A DNA stretch of 64,000 nt from Poseidonia sp. (lineage in GTDB: Archaea > Thermoplasmatota > Poseidoniia > Poseidoniales > Poseidoniaceae): contig JASLVM010000001.1 of assembly GCA_030741355.1 (NCBI GenBank), forward strand, positions 76,087-140,086. The letters run 5' to 3'. The notes under the pieces are model-generated. The model made no database searches, had not been told where the DNA came from, and worked only from the letters and a program-made list of their open reading frames with translations. Every line of letters starts with the position of its first letter. The first letter of the stretch is position 1. This document shows, one piece after another, positions 55,661-64,000 of the stretch. A program made the position numbers and the translations under genes.

Positions 55661-56797
55661 ATGGAGACCACCGATTTGACGATGTTTCTCGTCGTGAAAT
55701 CAGAGCACGGTGAACACGTTCACGGACTTCTCAAAAACGAAGGTTGGCTTGAGGCGGAGGTTGAAACCCGACGGAGCGATGACGGCACCGTTGGCTTTCC
55801 ATTGGCCTCGCTGTGTCCTGTTGAAGGGGTCATCAATTGGTTAAACTCCACATCGTCCCTCAAGGGCGTTGTTGAGATGCACCAAGGTGTGCGTCGCCCG
55901 ACGGTTGACCCGCATCGTCGACTCCACAAGGCGATTCAAACTTGGCTGGATGAAAACGGACTCGCTCTTGAGGCCATCACGTTGGCACCTGCCAAATGGG
56001 AGAAACTCGGAGACTTGGCCCTCTTGCCTCGCCAAGTCTCCACGACAGAGGCGTGGAAGACGGCCCGGAGTCATGAACATGCTGAGAGCTTATGGGGGGT
56101 GATGGCGGCTGCCCTGAACGTCCGTGCCATTGGGGTTCAAGCCCCCATCGCTGACGATACGTTTCGCTCATCGCAGGTCGAAATGCTCCTCGGTTCGTCT
56201 GAGGTTTGTTTTACCGACCACGGCATGACCTACACCTTCGACGCCGCCAAGGTGATGTTCTCTTCGGGCAACATCACGGAACGACGACGAATAGGCCACC
56301 TCGACATGAGCGGCGAGGTGGTGGTGGACGCTTACGCGGGGGTGGGCTACTACACCTTCCCGATGCTCGTGCATGCTGGTGCGGCTCACGTGCACGCTTG
56401 CGAAATCAATCCAGCATCGCTGGCTGGATTGAAGGCCGGTGCGGAAGCCAACGGGATTCGCCATCAGATGACCGTACACGAAGGCGACAACACCGTTTCA
56501 CTTGCTTCGCTTCAAGGTATTGCTGACCGTTGTCACCTTGGGTTGTTACCTTCGAGTGAAGCCGTTTGGGAGGCCTCGTTGTTGGCCCTCAAACCGACAG
56601 GTGGAATCCTCCATATTCACATGAACGTCGAAGAGGAAAACATCGATGATTGGGTCAAGGACACCGTCGTTCGTTTTGAACAGATGAGCCATAACCATCA
56701 GCGTGGATTCAAGGCTGAAGTGATTCATCTTGAGCGAGTGAAGTGGTTTGCACCACGGGTTCGCCATGTGGTCCTGGACCTCAGCCTTCGTCCTTGA
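55661..56797 (+). CDS. tRNA(Phe) wyosine-pathway aminocarboxypropyltransferase (Taw2/TYW2; Trm5/Met-10 family)
   Basis: KWEKLGD, KVMFSSGNITER, VVDAYAGVGYYT, ADRCHLGLLPSSE, VKWFAP.V.H.VLD. Confidence 0.85.
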   Translation: METTDLTMFLVVKSEHGEHVHGLLKNEGWLEAEVETRRSDDGTVGFPLASLCPVEGVINWLNSTSSLKGVVEMHQGVRRPTVDPHRRLHKAIQTWLDENGLALEAITLAPAKWEKLGDLALLPRQVSTTEAWKTARSHEHAESLWGVMAAALNVRAIGVQAPIADDTFRSSQVEMLLGSSEVCFTDHGMTYTFDAAKVMFSSGNITERRRIGHLDMSGEVVVDAYAGVGYYTFPMLVHAGAAHVHACEINPASLAGLKAGAEANGIRHQMTVHEGDNTVSLASLQGIADRCHLGLLPSSEAVWEASLLALKPTGGILHIHMNVEEENIDDWVKDTVVRFEQMSHNHQRGFKAEVIHLERVKWFAPRVRHVVLDLSLRP

Positions 56798-57806
56798 CCT
56801 CGGTGGAGGGGTCAACCAATTCCGCCACCATCACCATCTCGGCTTGGAGGACGGTTGATTCCTCATCGTTTCGCACCAGAGGATTGTTGGTCTGCTGGCT
56901 GTAAACAGCGTAGGTGATGCCAACACCGATCAACACCACCAAGAGGGGGACGCCCACGATGAGAACGGCGTCTTGAAGCCAAGTGTTGTCACTTTGGGCC
57001 ATGGAAACCGGGTTGCGGATGGTTCCGTCGGGGTCGGCCACACCGATCATCTCCATGGAAACAATTCGGACTTCGATAAGGGGACGCCCACCGGAGGCAA
57101 GTGGATTGTCAAGGTCGGTACCCGTGGGTTCATCGCTCGTTGGTACGTCCGCAATGGCCCGAATATGTGTCATGCCGTGGCGGACGATACCAAAGGTGGC
57201 ATAACCTTCGTCGTCTCGATTCTCGGGGTCAAGTCCGTGCGCTTCGGTTTCGGCGATGTACCACTGCGAATCGGCAGAATCCGGGTCAGCACTTCGCGCC
57301 ATACCGATGGCGCCGTCCACATGGGACAGGTTCTCATTGTGCTCAAGCGGTATGGTTTCGCCCGTTCCGCCGCTTCCACAGGAAGGGCTGGTGGTCGGGT
57401 AGACGCCGATGGTCTTGCAGGTGGGGTCACCTGATTGCGTCACGAAGTCGTTGATGACTCGGTGGAAAAATACCCCGTCGTACAGGGCGGATTCAACATG
57501 AGCGATCATGTTGTCCGTGGTGATGGGAGCCCACTGCTCAAAGAGTTCGATGATCACGGTCCCTTCCACACGGTCGGCGGTCCAACCGGATTGGTAAGAC
57601 ACGTTCATTGAGATGACGGCGTTACCAGTGTAGGACGACATCATGGGTGAATCCTCGGTGGCTGGACGGTCCGTCCACTCCGCCGGGTCAAGGCCGACGC
57701 TGCGCCACATGGGCTCCTCATCATCGGCGGCGACGAACATCGACGACGTCAGCGGCAGCAAAAGCAGCACCAACACCATGGATGCGGCCTGATGCTGACG
57801 AACCAT
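56781..57806 (-). CDS. Membrane-anchored cyclophilin-type peptidyl-prolyl isomerase
   Basis: APITT.N, YDGVFFHRVI.DFV.Q.GDP, GAIGMARS.DPDSA.SQWYI, YATFG.V; signal peptide and C-terminal TM. Confidence 0.9.
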   Translation of the reverse strand: MVRQHQAASMVLVLLLLPLTSSMFVAADDEEPMWRSVGLDPAEWTDRPATEDSPMMSSYTGNAVISMNVSYQSGWTADRVEGTVIIELFEQWAPITTDNMIAHVESALYDGVFFHRVINDFVTQSGDPTCKTIGVYPTTSPSCGSGGTGETIPLEHNENLSHVDGAIGMARSADPDSADSQWYIAETEAHGLDPENRDDEGYATFGIVRHGMTHIRAIADVPTSDEPTGTDLDNPLASGGRPLIEVRIVSMEMIGVADPDGTIRNPVSMAQSDNTWLQDAVLIVGVPLLVVLIGVGITYAVYSQQTNNPLVRNDEESTVLQAEMVMVAELVDPSTEVKDEG

Positions 57807-57918
57807 GCTCCGGGATGGACACCACCCCCATGAAAACACCGGCGACGAAGATTGAAACAACATCAATACCAAAAAGGAGGACGAAGAAGTGTGGTCCATG
57901 GACGACAATTCGACCTCC

Positions 57919-58269
57919 ATGCCCGACCTGACGCTTGGCTACGGCTTCTTTCTCTTTGCGTGGGGTATCGTTGCTGGCTTGCTTTCAACATCCGATTCCC
58001 CGACCCGCTTCATCCCGTGTTTGCCCGGCGTGGCGTTGGTGGTCAGCGGTTGGCTTGCTAAAAGCAACCCTGAGCGACGAAAGCTCTGGATGCACGTCGC
58101 CGTTGTCGTTGGTTTGATCACTGCGCTATTGGGCACCCGATTTTTCATGGTCGCAAGCGAAGGAATTAACCTCGCCAGCGGGTCCATGCTCATGCTTTTG
58201 CTCACCGGTTCAGCCTACACCGGCCTGTGCGTTCGCTCCTTTATCCAAGCCCGGAAGGCAAGCGAGTGA
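57919..58269 (+). CDS. Small 4-TM membrane protein (TMEM14-like)
   Basis: Four hydrophobic segments; T..IP, RK.WMH, VRSFI.ARK. Confidence 0.75.
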   Translation: MPDLTLGYGFFLFAWGIVAGLLSTSDSPTRFIPCLPGVALVVSGWLAKSNPERRKLWMHVAVVVGLITALLGTRFFMVASEGINLASGSMLMLLLTGSAYTGLCVRSFIQARKASE

Positions 58270-58307
58270 AGCGTCATCCTCATGACGGGGGGGGTCGTCG
58301 TCGGCCT

Positions 58308-60173
58308 ATGGCCGAGGAATCCACGATTCTGGAGGTTGAGCTCAAGTCCACGGACAGCCGGGCTCAGCGTCAACTGAACGCTTCGGCCGGAGCGACCGTC
58401 GCCTTCTCCATCGTTTTTCTTATGATGGCCATGTATTTCGGGCCGTCGGTCAGTCAGGACGTTGGGGATACCATCGATTACGAAACAGAATGGTGGAAAA
58501 CGCCGCTTCATCTTCGCCACACCATGGATTTGCCGATGGATACCCTCCGCGGTCAACTCCCAGAAAACGGGTCTTACGACGTCCTCCCGTTCGAGGAACA
58601 CTTCGTTGAAGTGGAACTCCCCGCCAGCGAACAAGACGCCGGATTCCCGGGACCCGCCTTGATGCACGTTGCGCTTTGGCTCCCCGATGTTCCCGAGGGA
58701 ACGAAAATTCCCGTGATCATGACCATTCATCCGTACTATGACTTCGGTGGCGAAGGCGTGGCTGGAGATGACTCCTCGCCCAACACGGTCCCTGACGGCG
58801 GGGTCGGCAAGTGGGTCTACGACACCTTTGTTCCTCACGGTTATGCACTGGCGCAAGCCTCAACCTTCGGCACCGGCCAGTCAACCCACTGTCAAGACGT
58901 CAAGGGACTTGGAGAACAGACCGGTATCCAAGGCGTGGTTGACTGGTTGGGGGAGCAAGAATGGTCCAACGGAAACGTGGGCTTGATGGGCAAATCCTAT
59001 GCCGGCACGACCAACTGGGAAGCCGCTCAACAACCCTCGCCTTACCTCAAGACCATCGTTCCCATCTCGGGCTCGATTGGCGTCCAAGAAATGTTCTATA
59101 GAAACGGCTCTTCAGAGAGCAGGGCCATGCTCTACGACGCCCTTTACGAAGGCGCAACCACCGACGCCACCACCGACGATATGCGGATGTGCACCGACGA
59201 CGTCATCGGTCCGCTCAACCCGTTCTCCACTTGGGCCGGTGCCGAAGTTGGAGGCGCAGAATGGAACGATTACTGGGACGAACGTCGCCACTTGCCCGAT
59301 GTGCTTGCCAATTACCAGGGCAGCGTCTACCTCGTTTGGGGCATGCAAGACTGGAACGTTGACCCCTACCACGCTTTCCCGACCTACCAACTCATGCGGG
59401 ACGCTGGCATCAATGCTCGAGCCATCGCCGGGCAATGGGCCCACAATTATCCCGACCAACCCGACAGACACAGCGAAATGGGAAGCGGCTACGGTGCAGA
59501 AGCCTATCCCAACATGAGCCGCATGGACTGGGCCGTGGAACTCTACGGATGGTTCGACTACTATCTGAAGGACATCGGCGAGGAGCCCGAACCGATGGTG
59601 CAGATACAAACCCATAACGGAAAGTGGCACGTTGAGGAAACCTGGCCACCCGAAGACATGGAATGGTGGCCAATAACACTCGACGGCGCCGAGGGCTCCG
59701 GCGGCACGGTGAACACGAACAACCAGCGAAGCTTCACGCTGCCCCCCTTGGAAGAAGACATCCACATCTCGGGCATGCCGACCCTCCACCTCTCGGTCAA
59801 CACCTTGGCCTGTCAAGGCGGTCAAGTCTTCGCCACCATGTACGCCGACGGCCTTCGAGTGGGCCATGCCACCATGGACGTCCGCTATCGAGACGGTGGC
59901 TACGAGGCCAAAACGGCCCTGCCGTTTTCCGCTTACACCATGCTCATGGAGTTCAACCCGATGGATGTGGACCTTGACGCCGGAGCGGTGATCGAAGTCG
60001 TGATGACCGAAACCGGTGAAGATTACCTGCCAAGCCCCTGTGCGGTGGTTGGCATGAACGTGAACATTGACGCCTCCTCCACCCTAAGCCTGCCCCTCAT
60101 CGACCGGCCTGTCGACGACGACCGGTGGTTCCTTGCCCCACCTTGGTGGGAACAGCAATCGATTCCATCCTGA
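58308..60173 (+). CDS. CocE/NonD family (S15, X-Pro dipeptidyl-peptidase-like) serine hydrolase, membrane anchored
   Basis: PVIM..HPY, GTGQS, W.NGNVGLMGKSYAG nucleophile elbow, G.QDWNV, GQWAH. Confidence 0.9.
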   Translation: MAEESTILEVELKSTDSRAQRQLNASAGATVAFSIVFLMMAMYFGPSVSQDVGDTIDYETEWWKTPLHLRHTMDLPMDTLRGQLPENGSYDVLPFEEHFVEVELPASEQDAGFPGPALMHVALWLPDVPEGTKIPVIMTIHPYYDFGGEGVAGDDSSPNTVPDGGVGKWVYDTFVPHGYALAQASTFGTGQSTHCQDVKGLGEQTGIQGVVDWLGEQEWSNGNVGLMGKSYAGTTNWEAAQQPSPYLKTIVPISGSIGVQEMFYRNGSSESRAMLYDALYEGATTDATTDDMRMCTDDVIGPLNPFSTWAGAEVGGAEWNDYWDERRHLPDVLANYQGSVYLVWGMQDWNVDPYHAFPTYQLMRDAGINARAIAGQWAHNYPDQPDRHSEMGSGYGAEAYPNMSRMDWAVELYGWFDYYLKDIGEEPEPMVQIQTHNGKWHVEETWPPEDMEWWPITLDGAEGSGGTVNTNNQRSFTLPPLEEDIHISGMPTLHLSVNTLACQGGQVFATMYADGLRVGHATMDVRYRDGGYEAKTALPFSAYTMLMEFNPMDVDLDAGAVIEVVMTETGEDYLPSPCAVVGMNVNIDASSTLSLPLIDRPVDDDRWFLAPPWWEQQSIPS

Positions 60174-60182
60174 GGCCAAACC

Positions 60183-60536
60183 ATGCGCGTGCTGGCCTTT
60201 GAGGACCATTACGACATCGAAGCCATCCTCACGGCGGGTGGAGTGAACACGGACAACCTCATCTTTGAACAGCGATGGAATTCAATGGACGCTCTGGAAC
60301 ACATCCGAGACTTTGCGCCCGAGGTCCTGCTGCTTGACCACTACATGCCTCCGTTGAGCGGTTTTCAGGTGCTTGAGATGCTTTTGAATTCGGACATCAA
60401 GCGACCGCTTACCGTCATCGCGATGTCAAGTGCCGCAGATAAAAACGACGACATGGTTGGGCTCGGAGCCGACCGAGGCGTGGTCAAGTTTGACCTGGCT
60501 GAACTCGATGTTTGGCCAAAACAATCCTCTGCCTGA
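60183..60536 (+). CDS. Stand-alone response-regulator receiver domain
   Basis: VLAFED, PEVLLLDHYMPPLSGFQVL (phospho-acceptor Asp), VIAMSS, GA....K. Confidence 0.8.
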   Translation: MRVLAFEDHYDIEAILTAGGVNTDNLIFEQRWNSMDALEHIRDFAPEVLLLDHYMPPLSGFQVLEMLLNSDIKRPLTVIAMSSAADKNDDMVGLGADRGVVKFDLAELDVWPKQSSA

Positions 60537-60575
60537 AGGGAAAACGGCCTAATGCGAGCACTTTGAGGAAGGCCC

Positions 60576-61511
60576 ATGGAGGATGTTATGATGCCCGAAG
60601 AGCAGGATAAGACGCTCGTATCCTTGCTGTGTGCGTTGACGATTACCGCCCTATCGGTGGCCTTCTTCTTCGTGGTTGGCGTCAACGACATGATCAGTGA
60701 AGCAGGGCGTTCTTTCCAAACCTCATCGCTGCCCATGGTGTTCATCGGCGTGTTTCGCTACGCTTGTGCCTACCTTGCTTTCCACACCATCGTGTTCTGG
60801 ATGATTCGAAACCCCGAGCCCGGCCGAATGTTCGTATTCCATCACGAAACGAGTGAAGAGGCCTTAATTCGGACCGAAGGATTTGAGCGAATCGGCACCT
60901 TTAGCAGCTGGACGCTGATGGTGTTCGGGCTTGCTTTTTTCGTCGCAGGTACGGCGACGTGGATGGCCGTCTTCAACGTCGATGTGCCGCCGATGCTCCA
61001 CACGCTGACGGTCGTGTTGATGCCCATAGCCTACGGTGCTGCGTTCATCACCGCCACCGTCGTTCGCTACGTTATCATCCCCTATGAAATCTCAATGGAA
61101 CGACCGTTTGGTACGTTCTTCAAAAACTATGAAATGGTCATGCACAACTACACCGTCATCTTTCTCGCATTGGACCTGTTCTTGGTTCAAGCACAACTCG
61201 AGTGGCAATTCGGCATTTTTCCGATTTACTTTGGCATCGCCTATGTTTTGTTTTCCTATGCCTACGCTCGGGCACCTCGAGGGTACTACATCTACTCCTT
61301 CCTTGACCCCCGCATCAAGATGGCCCCCGTGTACTTGCTGGCGCTGCTGTTCGCTTGCTGCCTGTTCTACATCGGGCTATGGGGGATGAGCATGCTCATC
61401 CACTGGAATGCGTTGCTTGGGGGCATGGCTTTGGCGTTCTGGGTCAGTCGAATCGTGTTGTTCCGCCGACAGGTGAAGGACAACCCCTATGCGTTTCAAT
61501 CCTCATCGTAA
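60576..61511 (+). CDS. Polytopic membrane protein (FAR-17a/AIG1- or Pr6Pr-like)
   Basis: About 8 TMs; TFSSWTL, MHN......LD, YYIYSFLDP. Confidence 0.65.
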   Translation: MEDVMMPEEQDKTLVSLLCALTITALSVAFFFVVGVNDMISEAGRSFQTSSLPMVFIGVFRYACAYLAFHTIVFWMIRNPEPGRMFVFHHETSEEALIRTEGFERIGTFSSWTLMVFGLAFFVAGTATWMAVFNVDVPPMLHTLTVVLMPIAYGAAFITATVVRYVIIPYEISMERPFGTFFKNYEMVMHNYTVIFLALDLFLVQAQLEWQFGIFPIYFGIAYVLFSYAYARAPRGYYIYSFLDPRIKMAPVYLLALLFACCLFYIGLWGMSMLIHWNALLGGMALAFWVSRIVLFRRQVKDNPYAFQSSS

Positions 61512-62224
61512 GGCTGCCACTCGGTTTGACCCTCTTCGCGATACCACCAGTAGCCGTCCTCGTCCTCGAACCATTCAACACCGTCTTCGTCAATGGAATA
61601 ATTGCCATCGTATTCCTCTTCGGGTTCTTCTTCCTCTTCTTCAGGCTGAGCCGCCGGGTTCGCCATGCCGGTTTCTTCGGCAATGCGGCGCTTGGCATCA
61701 TCAACGTCCTCTTCAGCACCGCCAAAGACTCGGTTTGAGGTTCGGATTTCGGCTTCGTGGTCGCCTTGTCGAATGGCGTTATCCGATTCTTGGTAGAATT
61801 CATCGGTCATGCGCTCTCGAAATTCTTCAAACTCTTCTCGGCCAAAGCTGCCCGTGAATTCATCGCCCTTGGCTCTCATCAAATCGTCAAGGTTGGCTCG
61901 CTTCTCCCGCTTGAGTTCAGGGGCGTTGGGGACCTCGCCATCGTAGAAGGCGTCTTCTTCGGAGCCAAGTTTACCGAACACTCGACCTTCCGGGTCGGCC
62001 TCTTCAATGGCTTCAATGATGAGATCGTGCTCTTCTTCGTCGATGTTTTCCTCTTCGTATGCATCGCCGGCTTGGTCGACCATGGCTTCGAGTTGGTTGG
62101 CGAGTTCTTCCTCGTCCTCATCGTACTGATCGACGAGCTTGTCAATCTGCTTGAGCAGGCGTTCGTAAGGCGTTCCGGTGATGGCCCCGAGGAACCGCCC
62201 AAACCCGCTCTTCTTCTTCGCCAT
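61496..62224 (-). CDS. Highly acidic protein with a C-terminal Trp-rich module
   Basis: MAKKKSGFGRFLGAI amphipathic start; D/E-rich body; tail DEDGVEWFEDEDGYWWYREEGQTEWQPY. Confidence 0.8.
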   Translation of the reverse strand: MAKKKSGFGRFLGAITGTPYERLLKQIDKLVDQYDEDEEELANQLEAMVDQAGDAYEEENIDEEEHDLIIEAIEEADPEGRVFGKLGSEEDAFYDGEVPNAPELKREKRANLDDLMRAKGDEFTGSFGREEFEEFRERMTDEFYQESDNAIRQGDHEAEIRTSNRVFGGAEEDVDDAKRRIAEETGMANPAAQPEEEEEEPEEEYDGNYSIDEDGVEWFEDEDGYWWYREEGQTEWQPYDED

Positions 62225-62299
62225 GATGGTGCACTTGGGCCACACTTCTTCAAAGATTGGCCTTCGCGGGTCTTTTGATGGTCGGGCCTATGGCGAATC

Positions 62300-63046
62300 A
62301 TGGTGGAGGCGTGGCTGGAGGACCTCATGACCTCCTACAACCGTGATTCACACGCGCAGCGAGCCGGTTATCTCGCTCAAGTCCACATGCCTGGGGAAGT
62401 GTTCCAGTCCCTTGTGTGGTGGGCCCTTCAGGCCCTTCCCGACGAAATCTTGGTCGGCATCGACATCGACGCTGAACGACCCCACCGTAAGGAGGTTGAA
62501 ACGTACTTTGAGGGCGAAGAGGTGCACTCCAACCTCTTTCAGGGACAGGGCTACCTCATCAAAGAGGCCCACATTGTCAACCGAGGTGATTCCTACTCCG
62601 TCCATCATCTCCCCGAAGACTGGACCGACGACATGTTCTCGGCAGACCGTGGCTCGCGTGCCGGTCGCTTCACGCATTGGCTCCACACGCATCCCAATGC
62701 CCCAGCGATTCCCAGCGGCCCTGATGCCGATGCGGCCCAAGAGACGAGCGGCATCGACATGATCCTCGGCCTACGTTTCTCGCCCGAGGGGCCGCTGCCG
62801 TGGTTTGACGACGTGGAGGGGACACGACGCACACTCAAATCCAGCGAGGAAAAGAAGCCCAGAAAACGCTCCTTTTTCGCACGCCACGCCCTTCCCGTCC
62901 TCGGTCGAGCGCCCAGCGGCCACGCCATTCACGAAATCCAGCTCATCGGTTTCCACAAGTCGGGCGTGGGCGTGAACATCGTCTTCGTTGACGAAGAAGG
63001 CTATCCCTTTGGATGGGACCGTGCGACGGCTCAACTGGTGGCTTGA
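62300..63046 (+). CDS. JAMM/MPN+ metalloisopeptidase-like protein
   Basis: PDEILVG (Glu) ... WLHTHPNAPAIPSGPD matches E...HxH-x7-S-x2-D. Confidence 0.75.
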   Translation: MVEAWLEDLMTSYNRDSHAQRAGYLAQVHMPGEVFQSLVWWALQALPDEILVGIDIDAERPHRKEVETYFEGEEVHSNLFQGQGYLIKEAHIVNRGDSYSVHHLPEDWTDDMFSADRGSRAGRFTHWLHTHPNAPAIPSGPDADAAQETSGIDMILGLRFSPEGPLPWFDDVEGTRRTLKSSEEKKPRKRSFFARHALPVLGRAPSGHAIHEIQLIGFHKSGVGVNIVFVDEEGYPFGWDRATAQLVA

Positions 63047-63531
63047 ACCGCCACCAGAGCGGCATGAAGACTTTCAAGGCGGTCGGGGTTGACACCGAGG
63101 TCGCTCTGCCCAAGTCGGGAAGCGGAATACAAGGCGATGGCGGTGTCGTCGCCCTGCGGAACGAAATGAACCACCACATCGTCGGGGAAGCGCCAAAACG
63201 GCGTGATGGCGACGCGATGGGAGAAATGTTCGCCGCCCTCTTCAACGTCTTCGAAAGACCCTCGCAGGTCGTTTTCGTCCGACCAGGCCATCCAAGCGTC
63301 CCACACGTCACTGACGTTCGCCTCAATCACCGTGACCAAGGTTGCCTCCATACGCACGACTTCGTTGGGGGAGAGGAAAGCGCAGTTCATCGTTTGCTCG
63401 GGACACGACGGCATCGTCGTGTGCTCGGGGTTTGGGGCGCCGAGGACGATCCAGCCTTGAACCATGACCCAAGGGAGGAGGAGAAACAGGAGGGCGATGA
63501 ACACCGCTCGCTTCTTACCGGCCGCCTCCAT
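63031..63531 (-). CDS. DUF1499 family protein
   Basis: N-terminal TM; CP...NC, TPFWRFPDDV, SASRLGQSDLGVN..R. Confidence 0.85.
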   Translation of the reverse strand: MEAAGKKRAVFIALLFLLLPWVMVQGWIVLGAPNPEHTTMPSCPEQTMNCAFLSPNEVVRMEATLVTVIEANVSDVWDAWMAWSDENDLRGSFEDVEEGGEHFSHRVAITPFWRFPDDVVVHFVPQGDDTAIALYSASRLGQSDLGVNPDRLESLHAALVAVQATS

Positions 63532-63576
63532 GGTGGCGAGTGGAGGTTCTGCTTCTTGAGGATGCATCCCCCAACC

Positions 63577-64000
63577 TTAGAGGGTCATGGGGCCCCCAGC
63601 AGGCATTTCTTCCAGCATGGTGATGGCGTCACCGCGCAGGCTTGGACCGATGTTGAAGGTGCCAAAAATGCCCTTGTCCGCAAGGTTGTGCGAGAGCGAG
63701 AACCAGGTGCGACCGTAGGTGTCCACACGGATATCGAGGAAGTCGCCGAGGCCACCGCATCGGTTGTAGCCGCAATCCGGTTCGGTGTCGATGGGGTCGC
63801 CAACGCCGTTGAGTTGGACGGTCGTCAGCAGCGGCGTCTCGTTGAAGGCGTCCGTCGTGTACGTCAAGTAAGCGTTCCAAACCTCGCCCTCACCGGCCGT
63901 TTCCCCGACATAGCCGAAGGCCACGGTGCCCGCATCACCCGCGACCACGACCGGGAAGCCGGTGCCGGAGAGGTTGATGGGCGGGGCGATCATCGTGGCG
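63577..64000 (-). CDS. BNR-propeller protein, 3' part only (probable paralog of 38769..40247)
   Basis: P...AGD.G.VA..Y.G, YLTY, LGDFLDIRVD..GR, GPSL correspond to PQTDAGDPGRIAITYLG, YITY, LLDFNDLHIDREGR, GPSL of the upstream copy. Confidence 0.75.
   Translation of the reverse strand, partial: ATMIAPPINLSGTGFPVVVAGDAGTVAFGYVGETAGEGEVWNAYLTYTTDAFNETPLLTTVQLNGVGDPIDTEPDCGYNRCGGLGDFLDIRVDTYGRTWFSLSHNLADKGIFGTFNIGPSLRGDAITMLEEMPAGGPMTL

Larger units (their letters stand above)
8387..59104. repeat. Dispersed palindrome TTCTATAGAA at 8388, 23856, 34510, 54007, 59094; near match ATCTATAGAA at 17986
   Basis: Each occurrence read directly from the sequence; the span given covers first to last site, not a continuous feature. 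Confidence 0.8.

Noticed and set aside
58287-58294. G8 tract upstream of the S15 hydrolase as a phase-variation switch
   Set aside because: Short, intergenic and in the RBS region; no evidence of length variation without reads.

Overview
A gene-dense archaeal window, roughly 55-60% GC by eye, most consistent with a Marine Group II euryarchaeote (Poseidoniales). That assignment is inferred from gene content: archaeal NFACT, TrmB, Taw2 and JAMM genes and TATA-type promoters sit alongside bacterial-type rph, ribA, mog and uvrC, and there are several giant TSP3-repeat surface proteins. The window holds about 47 CDSs and two CCA-encoding tRNAs (Gln-CTG, Phe-GAA). I found no rRNA, CRISPR array, integrase or IS. 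Highlights: (1) the AT-rich palindrome TTCTATAGAA recurs 5 times exactly plus one near match, mostly inside unrelated genes and in different reading frames, suggesting a dispersed chromosomal signal; (2) an FEA1/phytotransferrin-like lipoprotein whose TATA box is bracketed by two identical 19-bp DtxR-like operators; (3) a divergent light/oxidative-stress block (photolyase, NUDIX, SRPBCC-epimerase | ribA, atypical peroxiredoxin, TrmB, ABC1 kinase, crtI, crtB); (4) a cell-surface cluster with a 2112-aa FG-GAP/TSP3 protein and a shared upstream motif; (5) regulators lacking visible partners (HTH-STAND ATPase, two stand-alone Lrp RAM domains, an orphan receiver). All calls come from motif recognition by eye; no database searches were run.
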